Below are positions 47,240 through 64,000 of a DNA stretch of 64,000 nt, piece after piece. The number at the start of each line of letters is the position of its first letter. Position 1 is the stretch's first letter. The notes below the pieces were generated by a model. That model saw only the letters and a program-made list of their open reading frames with translations, did not search any database and had not been told where the DNA came from. A program made the translations under genes and the position numbers. Source of the DNA: Lepidodermella squamata (lineage: Eukaryota; Animalia; Gastrotricha); contig JBLDXI010000021.1 of NCBI GenBank assembly GCA_047495785.1, positions 1,674,001-1,738,000 of the forward strand. The letters are read 5' to 3'.

Positions 47240-49420
47240 TTAGTCGTTCTGGTTACCGCGCTTGATAAGGGTGACGTAGGCGTTGTAGTCGAACAAGCCG
47301 CCGCTGACTGGGGCCTCCTTCCACATGGCCTTCAGCTCGTTCTCCTTGAACTGGTCGCCAGTGTTGGTGAGCAGGTCCTTAAGGCTATTAAATAAAGCGC
47401 GGAGCTGAAAACGAGAACACCCAAAAGTTACGGGAACTTACTAATCTTCGGGAATAAAGCCTTTGCCTTCACGGTCGAACATGGCGAAGGCCGATCGCAG
47501 GGTCGACTCGGGGTCGGTACCGTGCATCTTCTCACCGAAAAGAGTCAAGAAGGCGGTGAAGTTGAGTTGGCCGGGGCATTCCTTAAGCATCTCCTTCAGC
47601 TCGGCTTCGCTAGGTTCGCGACCTTGCAAATACGAAAGCCACAATTAACACGTATCGCAACGATAAATGAAAGCAGGGTTGGAAAGTATCCTGTTTTCCG
47701 AATAAAACTGGGATCATGCTGGTAGCAAAGCTAAATCTAATAGTGAAGAACTCGAAAGATACTAGCTACCTTAGTCGAAGAATATTAGACTTACAAAGCA
47801 TTTCAACTACACTAGTGTGAAGGGTGAGAAAACAGAAAGTTGCATACCAACGCTGCTAAAGATGGCCTTGAGGTCACTATCAGAAATGACACCATCTCGA
47901 TCGTTGTCGATTAAAGTGAAGGCCTGAACGCGTGAACATAACCAACGCAGGCATCAGGGTTGATAGACATCCATGCGAAAAAAACATTAGAAAAACAGAA
48001 TGAGTTTATAGAACGAGAAAATTATCATCAAATCATTAGAGAAAATTATCAGAGAAAGGATTTTTCTAATCTACTAACGCGTTGCAGCCAACATATTTAA
48101 TTTTCTATTGCTACTGAAACCACGTGCGGTGAGAAACCCAATAGTGGTGTAACTCCTCATAGTGATAAACCAAAAATAGACTGGATGCGATTTTGTGGAG
48201 TGTGTTAAAACAAAAAACCAGATTCAACGCAAAATAGCTGAATTCATGCCGTTTTCTACTGAGTGCGAAATATATCCGAATTGGCATGTTCAGCCTACCC
48301 AAGGTACTGTAAATCGACTTGAGATCGTCAACGCTGATGACACCATCCCGATCACCATCTAAGATGCCAAATGCCTGCATACGTAATATGGTAAACAACA
48401 ATATTAGCTGGGAACCTAATGGCTGCGATTCAAAATTACTCCAACCTAATTACAATTTTGGTGTAACACTCACCTATATTTAAAATGTAATAATTATCTA
48501 AAAATACAATTCACTCTCACAGCAAGACAGGATTAGTTGCAGAAATAAGCGTTAACATGATGTAAAAATGTCAAAAATATTCTGAGCCCGTAAAATTGTT
48601 CCTATACGAAAAATACTAATAAACATGCATTTCAACTGAAATTATTCAACTATTGCATGCTTAAAACGGAAATAATTTGACCTCCTTAAACTCCTGAATC
48701 TGGGACTGCTGGAACATGCTGAAGACATTGCTGGTGGCACGGTGAGCCTTGGCGCCGCTGTCGTCGCTCTTCTCCTCGGCCTTGGGTTCCTCCTTCTTCG
48801 GGGGATCTTCCTTCTTCGCGGCGGTCGCAGCCTTAGCCTTCTACAGTTTTCAATAGCATGCAAGCAAAATAAACAACATTAATTTAACGGTAGACATTGA
48901 GCTAATTTGAATTGTTGACTAGAGCCTAGATTATCGTTTAACCCATAAGAATATGCGATAGAAAAGGTAGATGTTGGGGTTTTTAGAAGCAGAAGCAACA
49001 CCTTTTTGGGCTATGTTTCGGACAGCCAACCTCCTTAAATTCTTGAATTTGGCTCTGAGGCAAAACAGCGAAGACGTTGATGGTCGACTTGCGAGATGGG
49101 GGAGCAGCAGCAGCCTCCTCCTTCTTGGCCTCAGCGGGCTTGGCAGCCTCGGCAGGCTTGGGCGTCTCCTCCTTTTTCGCCGGAGCCGCTGGAGCAGCGG
49201 GTTCGGTCTTGGCTGCCAACTTAGCGCGCTGTAGCCCGATTCACGACCAAAAACATCGAGAAACCAAGATATGGAGGTAAGATTGGCATGCAAGGGATGA
49301 TGAAAAAAGACAAAAATCGATGAATAATGTGAATCAATTGTCATAAATTAGATCAGATGTTGAAAGAAATGACCCAATATAATGAAAACAAATAAAAATC
49401 TTGCTTACCGCGCTTGCCAT
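47240..49420 (-). CDS. Myosin regulatory light chain; exon 1 49409-49420, alternative exons 2a 49031-49228 and 2b 48682-48840, alternative exons 3a 48299-48374 and 3b 47848-47923, common exons 47442-47622 and last
   Basis: RATSNVFSMFQQSQIQEFKEAF, EF-hand DxDRDGVI, GQLNFTAFLTLFGEKMHGTDPE, AFAMFD, FDYNAYVTLIKRG. Confidence 0.95.
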
Positions 49421-52213
49421 TGTGCTTTTTCGGTGTTTTTAACGAAATTAAAACAAAAGACGCACGCTGGTCTAGAAGAAAAAAAACGAATGGTAATGTA
49501 TCGTTAAATTTTCGACGGAAATTTGAAGCCGTGAAACATGGGGACGGTACAGCTGTAATGTAGTTGTATACAGATAGGGCGCACCTTTTATGCAGGAGGA
49601 AGGAAGATCAAGATAGCGAAAGATGTAGAAGTGCACCAAGGTAAGATAAAACAAAAGACTGCGCATAACAAAGAAAAGACGAATGTGAACAAAAAAGAGG
49701 GCCTCCGGTCGGCGTTTAATACAATATATATATACGCTGCGAAAATGCCTACCACCTACGATGGTTAGGCTGAGGCAAAAGGCAGGCAGGGCCGATCCTA
49801 AACCTTATTTTGAACAATGTGTATAAAAGAATAAAAGAAGATGCAGAAGAGGATGCGAAGAGCATTTGCTTCTTCGAAATGATGTAAATAAGCGCGCGGA
49901 AACACAACGGCACAAAACAGATATGATAGAGGAGCGCCTCGGCATATACGGTTAATGCCATTTACCTGATGCCTGCCTGACTGCCGAAACCTACGGCGAA
50001 ATAGGATACGGCGCGCAGGAGCTGTCTAATTTCTTATATGCCAAGTATACGCCAAGGAACAGCTGGCCGTCACACCCGTTTACGGCCGTGTTATCTTCTT
50101 CGCCGCTTCTTCATATGGGTTAGGATTCCATATCTGGACGGTGCCGTGTTCGCTGCTATTGCGTTATATCACATTATATAAAATCATAACCATCGCCAGT
50201 CATCCATTTGTTCGGATAGCCATTATATTACCAGCAGAGATAAATCATAGTAATAATAAAATGGTATACACTAGCAAGAGCGAGGGGGAGAGAAAGAGAA
50301 ATAATAAAGCGCGCATCTTTACTGGCAGAAATAACCCGCGCCGCAATAATAGGATCCGCATGTATAGATATACCTTGCATGTAATGGGAGGTGAGCGCGT
50401 GAGCGAGCTGTGAGCGCCAATGCTTGATTATGATCATCATAAAAGACAGCAGCGACGCCGAACATATAGTACACGCCGGTGCCGATATAAACGCTGGGCT
50501 ATTTACCGCAGGGATAGGCATATACCGAACTGAGCACACTTAGCGCATCCACGTGCTCGCAGGCGCACGCAGTTGTTCGAGATGCGTACGAAAAGCGAAA
50601 GCAGGCGCGCAGCAAAATAACAGCCGCATGCCGCGCCTCGTGTTTGCCGCTGAAATAAAACATCGCTAGCATATTGGGGTGCCTATAGATTATTATTGTT
50701 ATAATGAGAACACGCTGTACCCATCGCCGCCGCAAGGCTTGCATTATGGCTAGGTAGCGCCAGGTAGTTGAAGCGCGCCGATGCAATAAACACACTGGCG
50801 ATGGATAACTGCGTATTTTATATGCTAGCCAAGAAGAAGAGCCGGTGATGCCCGACACGCGGCTGGCTGTAAAATAAAAACAGAGTGCAAATCATGCGGT
50901 AGCGGAATTTCGTTTTTGAGCATCTTTTGCCATTTTCGGCTTGATGTTATTTAGACATGGCGTGGGCATGATGGAAACGAAGCGCAAATATAAAACCAAT
51001 ACCTAGCGTTAACAACAATTTATAGTTGAATCGTTATCGATATAGTGTTGTCGATCGACCGGGATTCCTTCCCCGCCAGTTACACAGTGGCCTCATATAG
51101 GCCCAGCTCGCATAGATGTATCGAAACGATTCAATAAAACAACTGTTAAGATCGGATTAATGTTTCAGTCTGAATGTAGCGTTAAAATAACAAACGCTGC
51201 TAAGTTGGTCAAGACATACCAAATAAGCGCAATGCCTATAATATATTAGCGAAGGTGTTATTTCAAGAGACTCTTCTTGCTAAGACTGATGAAAAGCTAT
51301 TGGCAGATGGGCCATATTTCACGCGGATCATGTATCAGACGGTGATTGGCACCTTTGAAGCGCATTTCCTTTTTTGTATTGCGGTAATTTATCTGCCAAT
51401 ATTAGATGTAAAGTAGGTTAAGATAGTCTCGAATCAGATGAAGCACTTGCTAGAAGCGCACCGATTATATGCCGATGTAGCGATGCAACGAGCGTTTGCA
51501 TCATTGTTAAGCGCCACTCGAAATCAGGAATCTTCCCAGTATCGGGAGCCAGTATTTAGGTAGAAAAGAAAGGACGGAGAATCTTTAATTATCCGTCTTA
51601 AGCTACAACAGAGCTAACGTAGAGAGAATAAGAACTTAGATTCATAGTTTCCAAATCATATAATTTGAATTGGAGCTTCAACAATTCTTGCCAGGTCCAT
51701 AGATTCCAATGCTTGGAACTTGGAAAGTTTGTATTTTTGAGAGGCAGAGAGCATACAAGATGCACGAGAATTTTCTGAAGTAAGGTTGAATACCAAAAAG
51801 CAATAAACTCGCTTACCTTCATGCTTCTCTCCGGACCATATTAAGCTCCGAAGTTAGCTTTTAAGCTTTATTCAGACCACATGTGGTTGCCGTTGTAAAA
51901 GGCAAGAGGGTTTCCAGCTTGGGCTGTAGGGGGTTTTGAGGTAAAATTTTCAATTTTCAAAGTGGATTGATTCTCAATGGACTCTTCCGGCACAATTTTG
52001 CGATGAGTTTTCCTACAATATTATTTTATAAGAACGATGGAAGGAAACATCGCCTTTTGCTCTCTTAGCCTGCGCATGTGCGTACATGTAGAAGTCGCGT
52101 TTCGATAAAATTTAAGGTTTGTGTTGCTTCTGCTTTCCTGTCCCTTTCAGACAATAAGTCCAAATCCGGTATCTAAATCTAAAACGGTATCTATTCATAA
52201 GAAACTTAGTTAC

Positions 52214-53901
52214 CGCTTCGTCGGCAGATTTGGCATCCTCCTCCGCTTTCTTTTTCGCTGCTTCCTCTTCAGCTTTCTTCTTCGCCGCTTCTTCTTCAGC
52301 CTTCTTCTTCGCGGCCTCTTCTTCGGCCTTTTTCTTGCTGTAAATAAAATAGTGATCGCGCTGTAACGATATGACATGCTAGGTTTCGGCACTTACTCAG
52401 CCGCAGCCGCTGCTGGTGATGCAGTGTCCTTGCTTTTCGGTGGTGGTATATTTAATTTTCCTCGAGTCGCCATTACAGATGTAACTGATTTGTTGAGGGA
52501 GCTAGCGTTACTGCTACTGTTGATCTTATTAATAAAGAAAGCTGCTGCTGAAGAACTTGATGAAATCGATGAGGACCTTGAAGGTCTGGCTGAGGAAGAT
52601 GCTGATGACGGTGTTGACGGTGGCTGTGTGACACAAAAATAAACAGGTGGTTGTCTAAACGGTCTAAATAAGACGAAAGATTAAAGCATGCACCGCATTT
52701 TAAATAAAACAACATAAAATGACACATAACACAATAAGAAACGAAAAGATAATCGAACGCTCAGTTATGATAATTGTTATGCCTGGTCATTAGGTTGTGG
52801 ATGCGCGGTTTTCCTTGCTAATGACGATTCTTGCGCAACAGCGGGTAACGGTTTCGATTCCTTGGGTGCATCCTCCCGAGTGGGCTCATGTGGCGGTGTT
52901 AGTGGCTCGCGAGTGCGATCGGTTAGCACGCTCTCATTAACCTGATTAGCGTTAATGATATCGGCATTTGGGATCACCGATGAGGTCGGTGCTTTCTCTT
53001 GGGCGCTATCAGTTTGGTTTGGGCTAATATCGGCGACTTCCGCCGAAGAGCAAGATAGCACAGTGGGTTCCGATGCTACCTCGGCTGTGCCACTGCTGTT
53101 AGCCTCGCCTCCAGAAATAGCGGCACTGGTTGCTTCAGGTGGTGATGGCAGATAACTATTTTCGAACGATAATCTGGGCGGAGCGTTGTTAGTATCGCCA
53201 ATTGTTGGCTCATCAATTTTATAGCCGTCTCCATTTAATTCGCCGCTATTCGGCAATGATTCTGTTATCGCTGCTAGATCGTCTTTGACTGGCTCCGGCG
53301 ATGAATATGTGCAGTTTTCGGGCTCGGCTGCTGGTGGCTCAGTTGTTTGCCTTATAATCGGTGGCTCGGTGGAGGCTTCGACTTCATAGTCGGCTGGTGT
53401 TGATGATGATGCTGATGATGATTCTTCGCCCTCATTAGTACCACCTAACAATAACTCAAAACAACCGCTGCCCGCTTTGTTTTCATTGCAGGGTGCGTCT
53501 GTTGTTTTAGCCGACGAATGAGTTTTTTGTTCGAGCGTATTGCTGGTATTCGATAAAGCGGAGCCGCACCGCGATCCCGGCCGTGGTGATATAGGCGCCG
53601 GCGAAACGTGCGATGGTATATTCTCCTGAATACTTTCCTGCGGCGGCGGAGATGCTGTTGTCGACGAGGCCTCGCTCTTGCGCGAGCTTTTTGATTTCGA
53701 TCGTCGCTTATGCCGCCGTTTTCCGCCCGGCAGCTGAAGCAGCTTGTATAGGTGGTGTCTTAGAGTCTCTATTTTTGTAATAATTCCGCTTATAGCGCAA
53801 TACCTATAGTCCGCTCCTATTAATAATAGTATTATCATATAATTGCATGAACTCATCACAATATAATAATTCGGTTTTAACCAAGCAATATCTACGGTCA
53901 T
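52214..53901 (-). CDS. Low-complexity exons (Ser/Pro/Glu-rich ORF; exon 52397-52623; KKKAEEEAA-repeat exon 52214-52337), possibly alternative 5' exons of the light chain gene
   Basis: Exons 52623-52397 and 52337-52214 join in frame through a 59-nt GT-AG intron; the repeat shows synonymous variation; phase-0 donor GCG|gtaact at 52213. Confidence 0.6.
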
Positions 53902-55425
53902 TCTGCACGTTTCGGGGCTAGTTTTTTATTTTTACAACGCTAACTGGATTAAATGTAAGCCTTATAACGCAATAAAAAACTGGCGATAAAGGGTAAACCG
54001 AACGAACTGGATCATCGTATATGAGCACCCGTATTCAACGTGGTAATTTGGCCTCTAGATTTCCTGTTAATCTATTGAGGAGATACCGATCGCCGATAAT
54101 GCCAAGTTCAGCGCATTTGCACTTATTCTGGATCCAATTATGAGCGCATACAGAATCACCTTAGATTCAAACTCAATAGGCGGGTGTCCCAAGTAAACAT
54201 TCACACCGACTACATCTCTCGGCCCCATGTTGCTACCGAATGGCCGCTGAAATCAACCCCAGATAACAGGAGTCTAGACAAAGGGTCTTCTCATGACCTT
54301 GAGCAGTTTTAAAAGCCGGCAAATTAATTCTTGGCAATTTTATTTCAATTTTCCACGTTTTTGTTCACCAGAGCCATTCAATCGTAAGAATCATCTTCGG
54401 TATAGAATATTATCGTAATAATATATATACTTCTCAATAACAATCAAGGCGCATAAAAACAAGGCCTGCTGTATTTTATACGATAACGATATAAGATCAA
54501 ATCATAGTCTTTAATACATAAATGTTTAGAAAACCAAATATTCAAATGAAAACAAAGTAAACACGCAGTAGTAGTGTATTACTCGATGAACTTTCCGACT
54601 ACTAAGTATCAATCACGATAGCTGCAGTACAAATTATTACTGTGTTGTTAAGCGTTCATTTCTACTGGCTCAGTCCGAAAGTTCGCAAGTAGAAATCTCC
54701 GCAAAATACTATTAGCCGTAATCGCAATCGACATAATAACAACGTTATTTTCATACGCACAGGTGCTACTTTCAAATTCTCGAATTTCACGCGTTGTTGT
54801 TCACACTTAGCAACGAGTTGTGATTTAGTTGGCACCATAATATACTAAATGTAAACAACGATAGGTAAGAATAGAAGAACAATACCATCGATTTTAAATA
54901 AGTATATAAATGACATTTGTTCAACAAGCTCTACTAATCACGTCTCCTACCAAATGAAAAGCACGATGAGTCTCGTATAATAGTGAGTCTAGCAATGATT
55001 ATGCGACTATACATCGGCATTTTGCTTTAAAACTAGCTCGGTTTGACTGAAGCCGTAATTTGCAAAAAAATTACCACCAATGGGCAAAGGAAGGATTCAA
55101 GAGGAAACACAGATAATTTGTCGCACGAGGCGGCATAGCTAACAAAGAAAAATTGGCTAAAAGCGACAACAATATTGGAAAATTTTGGCATATAAGCATT
55201 TACGAAAAAAATAATAGCTCACTTGGGAAAAGAGAAGATGATACCAATAAACCAAAACGGAAGTTTGCTAGTAGCAGTTCTGATCAGTGTACGTGTAAAC
55301 ATGATTCGTATTTATACATTTATAAATATGAAACAAAACAACTAAAATTTGTTTTGCTGCATTATATCAGAGCACAATTGAATCGCGAAAGCTATCATTA
55401 TTCATAAATTTGATGCTATCATGCG

Positions 55426-59809
<4,384 letters not shown>

Positions 59810-61716
59810 TCAATCACGAAAGAACCATTTTGACGTAAAATGTACCCTAAATTAAAGAAAAATCAGTAGGATACAGGATTAAATTATGACAAATATTTTA
59901 TTGTTTTCAACAATATTACCTTTGGATTTATCGTAGCCCAAAGCTCTAAGAGCAGAATTTCGAAATAAGGAAAAATAAAGAAGGTAATCAAAGGGTTCAT
60001 AATGTAAAGATGAAATTATCAACACTGGCGGTTAAAACCTTGTTCACACCTAGCAAAGGTAGCGCGACAAAGTATTGCTGGAGATTGGTGCAGCAAAATG
60101 TAAAATGTCAGCAAATAAAAAAAGCAATTTCCAACTACGACTAGGTCTCATATAATCGGAAATTGGATGGCGAGTGTTTTGTGTCTCGCTAGGGTTTCCA
60201 TGCCTTGTGAGTATTTTGTGCGTTTAATAAACAACGAAATCGCATCAATATGAAGCTCGCGGGCCATTATAACAGAAATTACGCATAACAAGCTACTACT
60301 AATTACAGACGAGTGATGTCTTTAGTCTCTCTCATTTCTCATTTCAAGACAGAGAAATATATAAAGAAAATTTGCTTTAAACGCGATAATTCGCAATTCG
60401 TCGTAACATAAAACATAAGGCGCGTCACGACCACCGGCCACGGCTAAAACTGGACGCTCGTAAGCTCGAACAAAACATTAAATATTAGCAAAATTCTAGC
60501 TGTCTGAATGAGTAATTACAATACCTCCTCGAAATGACCACTAATCCGTCTTCCGATTTCAACAATTAGCAATGAATCCCTCTGAAGACGTTCTCTGCAA
60601 ACGATAAAAAATCTCGATTTCTTTTTGTTCTCAGGAAGTGACAGGAAGTCTGATATTTGCAAGCACACCTGCATTGAACAAATTGCAGCGTCTACCGAAA
60701 GCCCAATACTCAAGCTGAAGAAGCGTTGCGCAGTGGCTGATTACTTGTACATTTTCAGAAGATGACAGAAGACAAACAGACTAATAACAGCAGATAATAA
60801 CAAATAACAGCAGATAAATGATAAGTGTGGCGCTCTTTGCTCTTCAGTTAATACCTGAATAAAACCCGAATAAAACGAATAAAATCAGCTATCATTTGAA
60901 GATTCTTCATTTCACCTTGATGGCAATTTTAAGATTTTACTTCCAAAAATATAATCGTGTTATTGTTTGGGATATTTTCATATTTTTCAAATTACGTAAT
61001 TTTTGCGCGCGAAATGTGGAAATGTGAAAAGTTGAAAATGAGGAGAGAAGGAGAAGTGTAGAATGTAATAGAAATCTATGGAAATCGGAAATCGGAGTGC
61101 CGTCGAGGTGGGAGGTGGATAGATAGAATCTAGAATCCAGTTCCCAGGTAAAAACTTGTGTTGAAAACAGTGATTGTTGTGGTGTGCGAATTGCTGTCGG
61201 CTATTCATTGCCGGATCTTTAATTCAACAGATCACCATAGCATACACCATACACCTGAGTTTTCATTCCTAGTGGTTATATGTGACGTGGCATAATAAGC
61301 AATAAGTGATGCGGTCCCTTACTTTTGTGAGCATAAAACGAGTGCTTCACCAGTTAATGCACACTGCACACTCACTGTTATGCAACACCTATCATTTGAC
61401 CAAAAAGTGTAGGAAGGGCCGTCTCAGATGAGCGTTGCTGCCTAGATCTTCGTATTTTTTAGATTTCTTTTAATATCTCTATATTTTCTTCACTCACTCA
61501 GTCAGAAACACTACACTCTGAAAATATTACATATTTCAGATCAATTATAAAACATTCAACATTAGCTTGAGTGTAAGTTATTAGTTATAAGTTGCCGCGA
61601 AGAATGACCGAGAAAATGAATACTGCATATTAAAACAAGCATAAGTAATTCGGTGCCCTGAATGAAGTTCATCCATTGCAGAATTCATGTTTTGTTTAGA
61701 TTTTTAAGCTGGAGCG

Positions 61717-64000
61717 ATGAGCCGTAGGCAAGTAACGGCTGCAAATCAAGGAAAAGATGCGAATGCCAAAGTGCTATTTTATCCACCAGATTGTTTGGAA
61801 GTCAAGGAATCTCTGTCGAAAGATGAGCTCATTAAAAGGCTGAGGGATATCTACGTTAAGTTTCAGCAATTCGACCAGGAAGAGCCTGAAAATGATAAAT
61901 ACAAGCCGCTCACCAAGTATTTGGCTTCACGATTCTTTTTCGATAACCCAGATCGAGAAGTTCGAATGTTTACGGCATGCATTCTCGCTGATGCTATGCG
62001 CATTTATGCTCCTAATGCACCATTTTCGGCTCCTCAGTTGAAAGAGGTCTTACGTTTCTTTGTCAAACAATTGTCGGATCTTCAGCTTCACGCTTCGCCT
62101 ATATTCCGTCACGCATTTTATCTTTTGGATGTTATTTCGTCTACACGGCTGTTCTGTGCGTTTTTGGATTTCGAACACGAATGTGCGTCGTTTTTTGGCG
62201 ACGTTTTTGAATGCTTATTCAACGCTGTTCGAAAAGAGCACGCGCCGAATGTTCGTAATTTGATCGTTGATCTTTGCGTACCATTGCTTCAAGAGACTCC
62301 TACTATTACGCCGGAGATGTTAGATTGCCTCCTATCTCGATTGGTAGACCCTTCAAAAGGCGTGAACCCAATAGCCCACAAGGTGGTGTTAGACGTCATT
62401 ATCAGGGCTAAGGATTGCTTAGAGCCCGTCTTGTTAGAATTTTTCCGATCTGCGATGGTTCATGGCGCGTCAGATGAATCATCGTTGTCGAAAGATGCAT
62501 ATCCAATTTTGTTCGAACTATGTATCGGATGCCCCGATGTAGTGCACACTGTATTGTCAGCTCACTTGCGCGAAGCTCTAGAACTACCCGTGGAAAACCT
62601 CCGCCTAGCTGCGGTGCGGTTCGCTGGACAAATTTTCTCACGTTCCTCCGGCGTTGGTGCAATTTTTGCTATGAAATACACGACAACATGGGCCACTTAT
62701 CTCGGCCGCTGCAAGGATGCTTCGTTGGCCATTAGAATGTGTTGGGTTAAACAAGCTACGCAGATCATAACATCTCTTACATACGCCTCTACCGACGAAC
62801 AAGAAATGGGGAAATCCTTGATGGATCGATTAGTAACTCGAAGCATCGATGTTGATGCCCAAGTTCGTCTTGCCGTAATCGATGCCACGATTGCCATCGC
62901 TCAACATGACATTTCCAGAGTTCCAGATGAGCTTTTGAAGAAAATCGAAGAGCTCACGCGAGATAAGCATCCTCGAACTAGGAGTACCGCCGTTCTTGCA
63001 CTAGGGAGAATCTATCGAAGAGTTTGCATTCCTCTTCCATCTGACAAAAAGGCAACCTCGAAGGGTGAAGGTGACGCTGATATGGATCAGGAATCTGCGC
63101 AACCAACTGTTCAAGACGATCAACCTGCATCCGCGCCTTCATCTGAGCAAAAAAATCGAGTTGTTTGGATCCGTAATAAAATCCTACACATCTACGCTGC
63201 CAGTGGATCGTTGGAGGACAGAGCTCTGGTCGAGCGGGTTTTATACGCTTGCCTAGTGCCCGTAACTTCTTTACATTTACATCGACGTCTTCAAGAACTG
63301 GTTTCGTTGTATGCTAATCTTGACGAAATTGCTATGACCTGTTTTGAAAACCTGATTCGCTGCCAATCTCAGCTCAGAGAAGCTATAAATCGCTGGGCCA
63401 CTGGCGCTTTGAACCCAGAAAGAAGCTTCAGTCAAGCATCTCAACTGTCCATTCTTCTTCGAATGTTGCCTGCTGACTCGTGTCCTCCTGATGCGCTTGG
63501 TAAGATTGGCAAATTTGTGTCTTTTTACTTGTAATTTGTGGCTTCCCTTTTATAGGTCAGTTAGATCGAATGCTGACTACTAACAAGACTTTAGCTGAAC
63601 GCCTCAAAGCAGCAAGTGACGTTAAGTGCTCATCAACAAAAGCTGCCGAGTTGGCGACAGAAATCGTGAAAATGGTGTCAACGAAGGTCGAAGAGTCCAA
63701 GCAGAAGTCTACGACTCTAATTACCGCGATTAAATTCATCTTGGAGCGTACGCTTCCTCTATTAGTGTCTGGCCCAACTTTTGTTGGTCTGCTTCGCATC
63801 GTGCTGAAACTATCAGCAGGCGAGTCTCTTCCCTACACAGATGCCACTGCCGAATCAGTTCCGACCGTGTTAAATCTGTGTAAGCTGGTCGCTATGGTTT
63901 TCAAAACAGCCTGTCTCAGCGTTGACCCGTCACTCATCGAGGAAGAAACCGACCCTGATCACTTCAAGTACATACTCGATCACTTTGTCTCGTTATTTGA
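61717..64000 (+). CDS. PDS5: Sister chromatid cohesion protein PDS5 (5' part; runs off the window)
   Basis: YPPDCLEV..LSKDELIKRL, VRMFTACILADAMRIYAPNAPF, YLGRCKD, WIRNKILHIY, EDRALVER; HEAT-like repeats; intron 63500-63555. Confidence 0.92.

Noticed and set aside
60722-60740. AGCGTTGCGCAGTGGC resembling the 5' end of U4 snRNA
   Set aside because: Similarity stops after about 16 nt; no stem I/II continuation or Sm site

Overview
Compact, intron-rich eukaryotic (invertebrate animal) genomic DNA with typical GT-AG introns of about 50-60 nt. DNAAF9 suggests an organism with motile cilia, and the myosin regulatory light chain indicates muscle. Genes in order: AAR2 (partial), DNase II, ATP5MK/DAPIT (missed by the ORF track), then a co-oriented minus-strand run transcribed SMG9>PYROXD2>MFSD13A>NELFA>MAK16, then ATE1>EDRF1, a patch of decayed transposon fragments, a DOMON/cytochrome b561 ferric-chelate reductase, an IRS-like PH-PTB adaptor, RPL8, two tandem SLC49A3-like MFS transporters, a palindromic repeat patch, a Gly-rich orphan, DNAAF9 (with a GPCR gene nested antisense in a 7.8-kb intron), a myosin regulatory light chain with two pairs of duplicated alternative exons, a GRK4/5/6 kinase, and PDS5 (partial). 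The most notable observations are: (1) a young 5'-truncated LINE with an 11-bp target-site duplication sits inside the first coding exon of the GRK gene, with cryptic splice sites that could remove it in frame; (2) co-oriented genes lie only 42-240 nt apart with unpaired 3' splice acceptors before the ATG, suggesting operons resolved by SL trans-splicing; (3) the light chain gene can swap its phosphorylation-site and EF-hand exons and may have a very long alternative N-terminus. All gene names come from recalled motif similarity, not from database searches.
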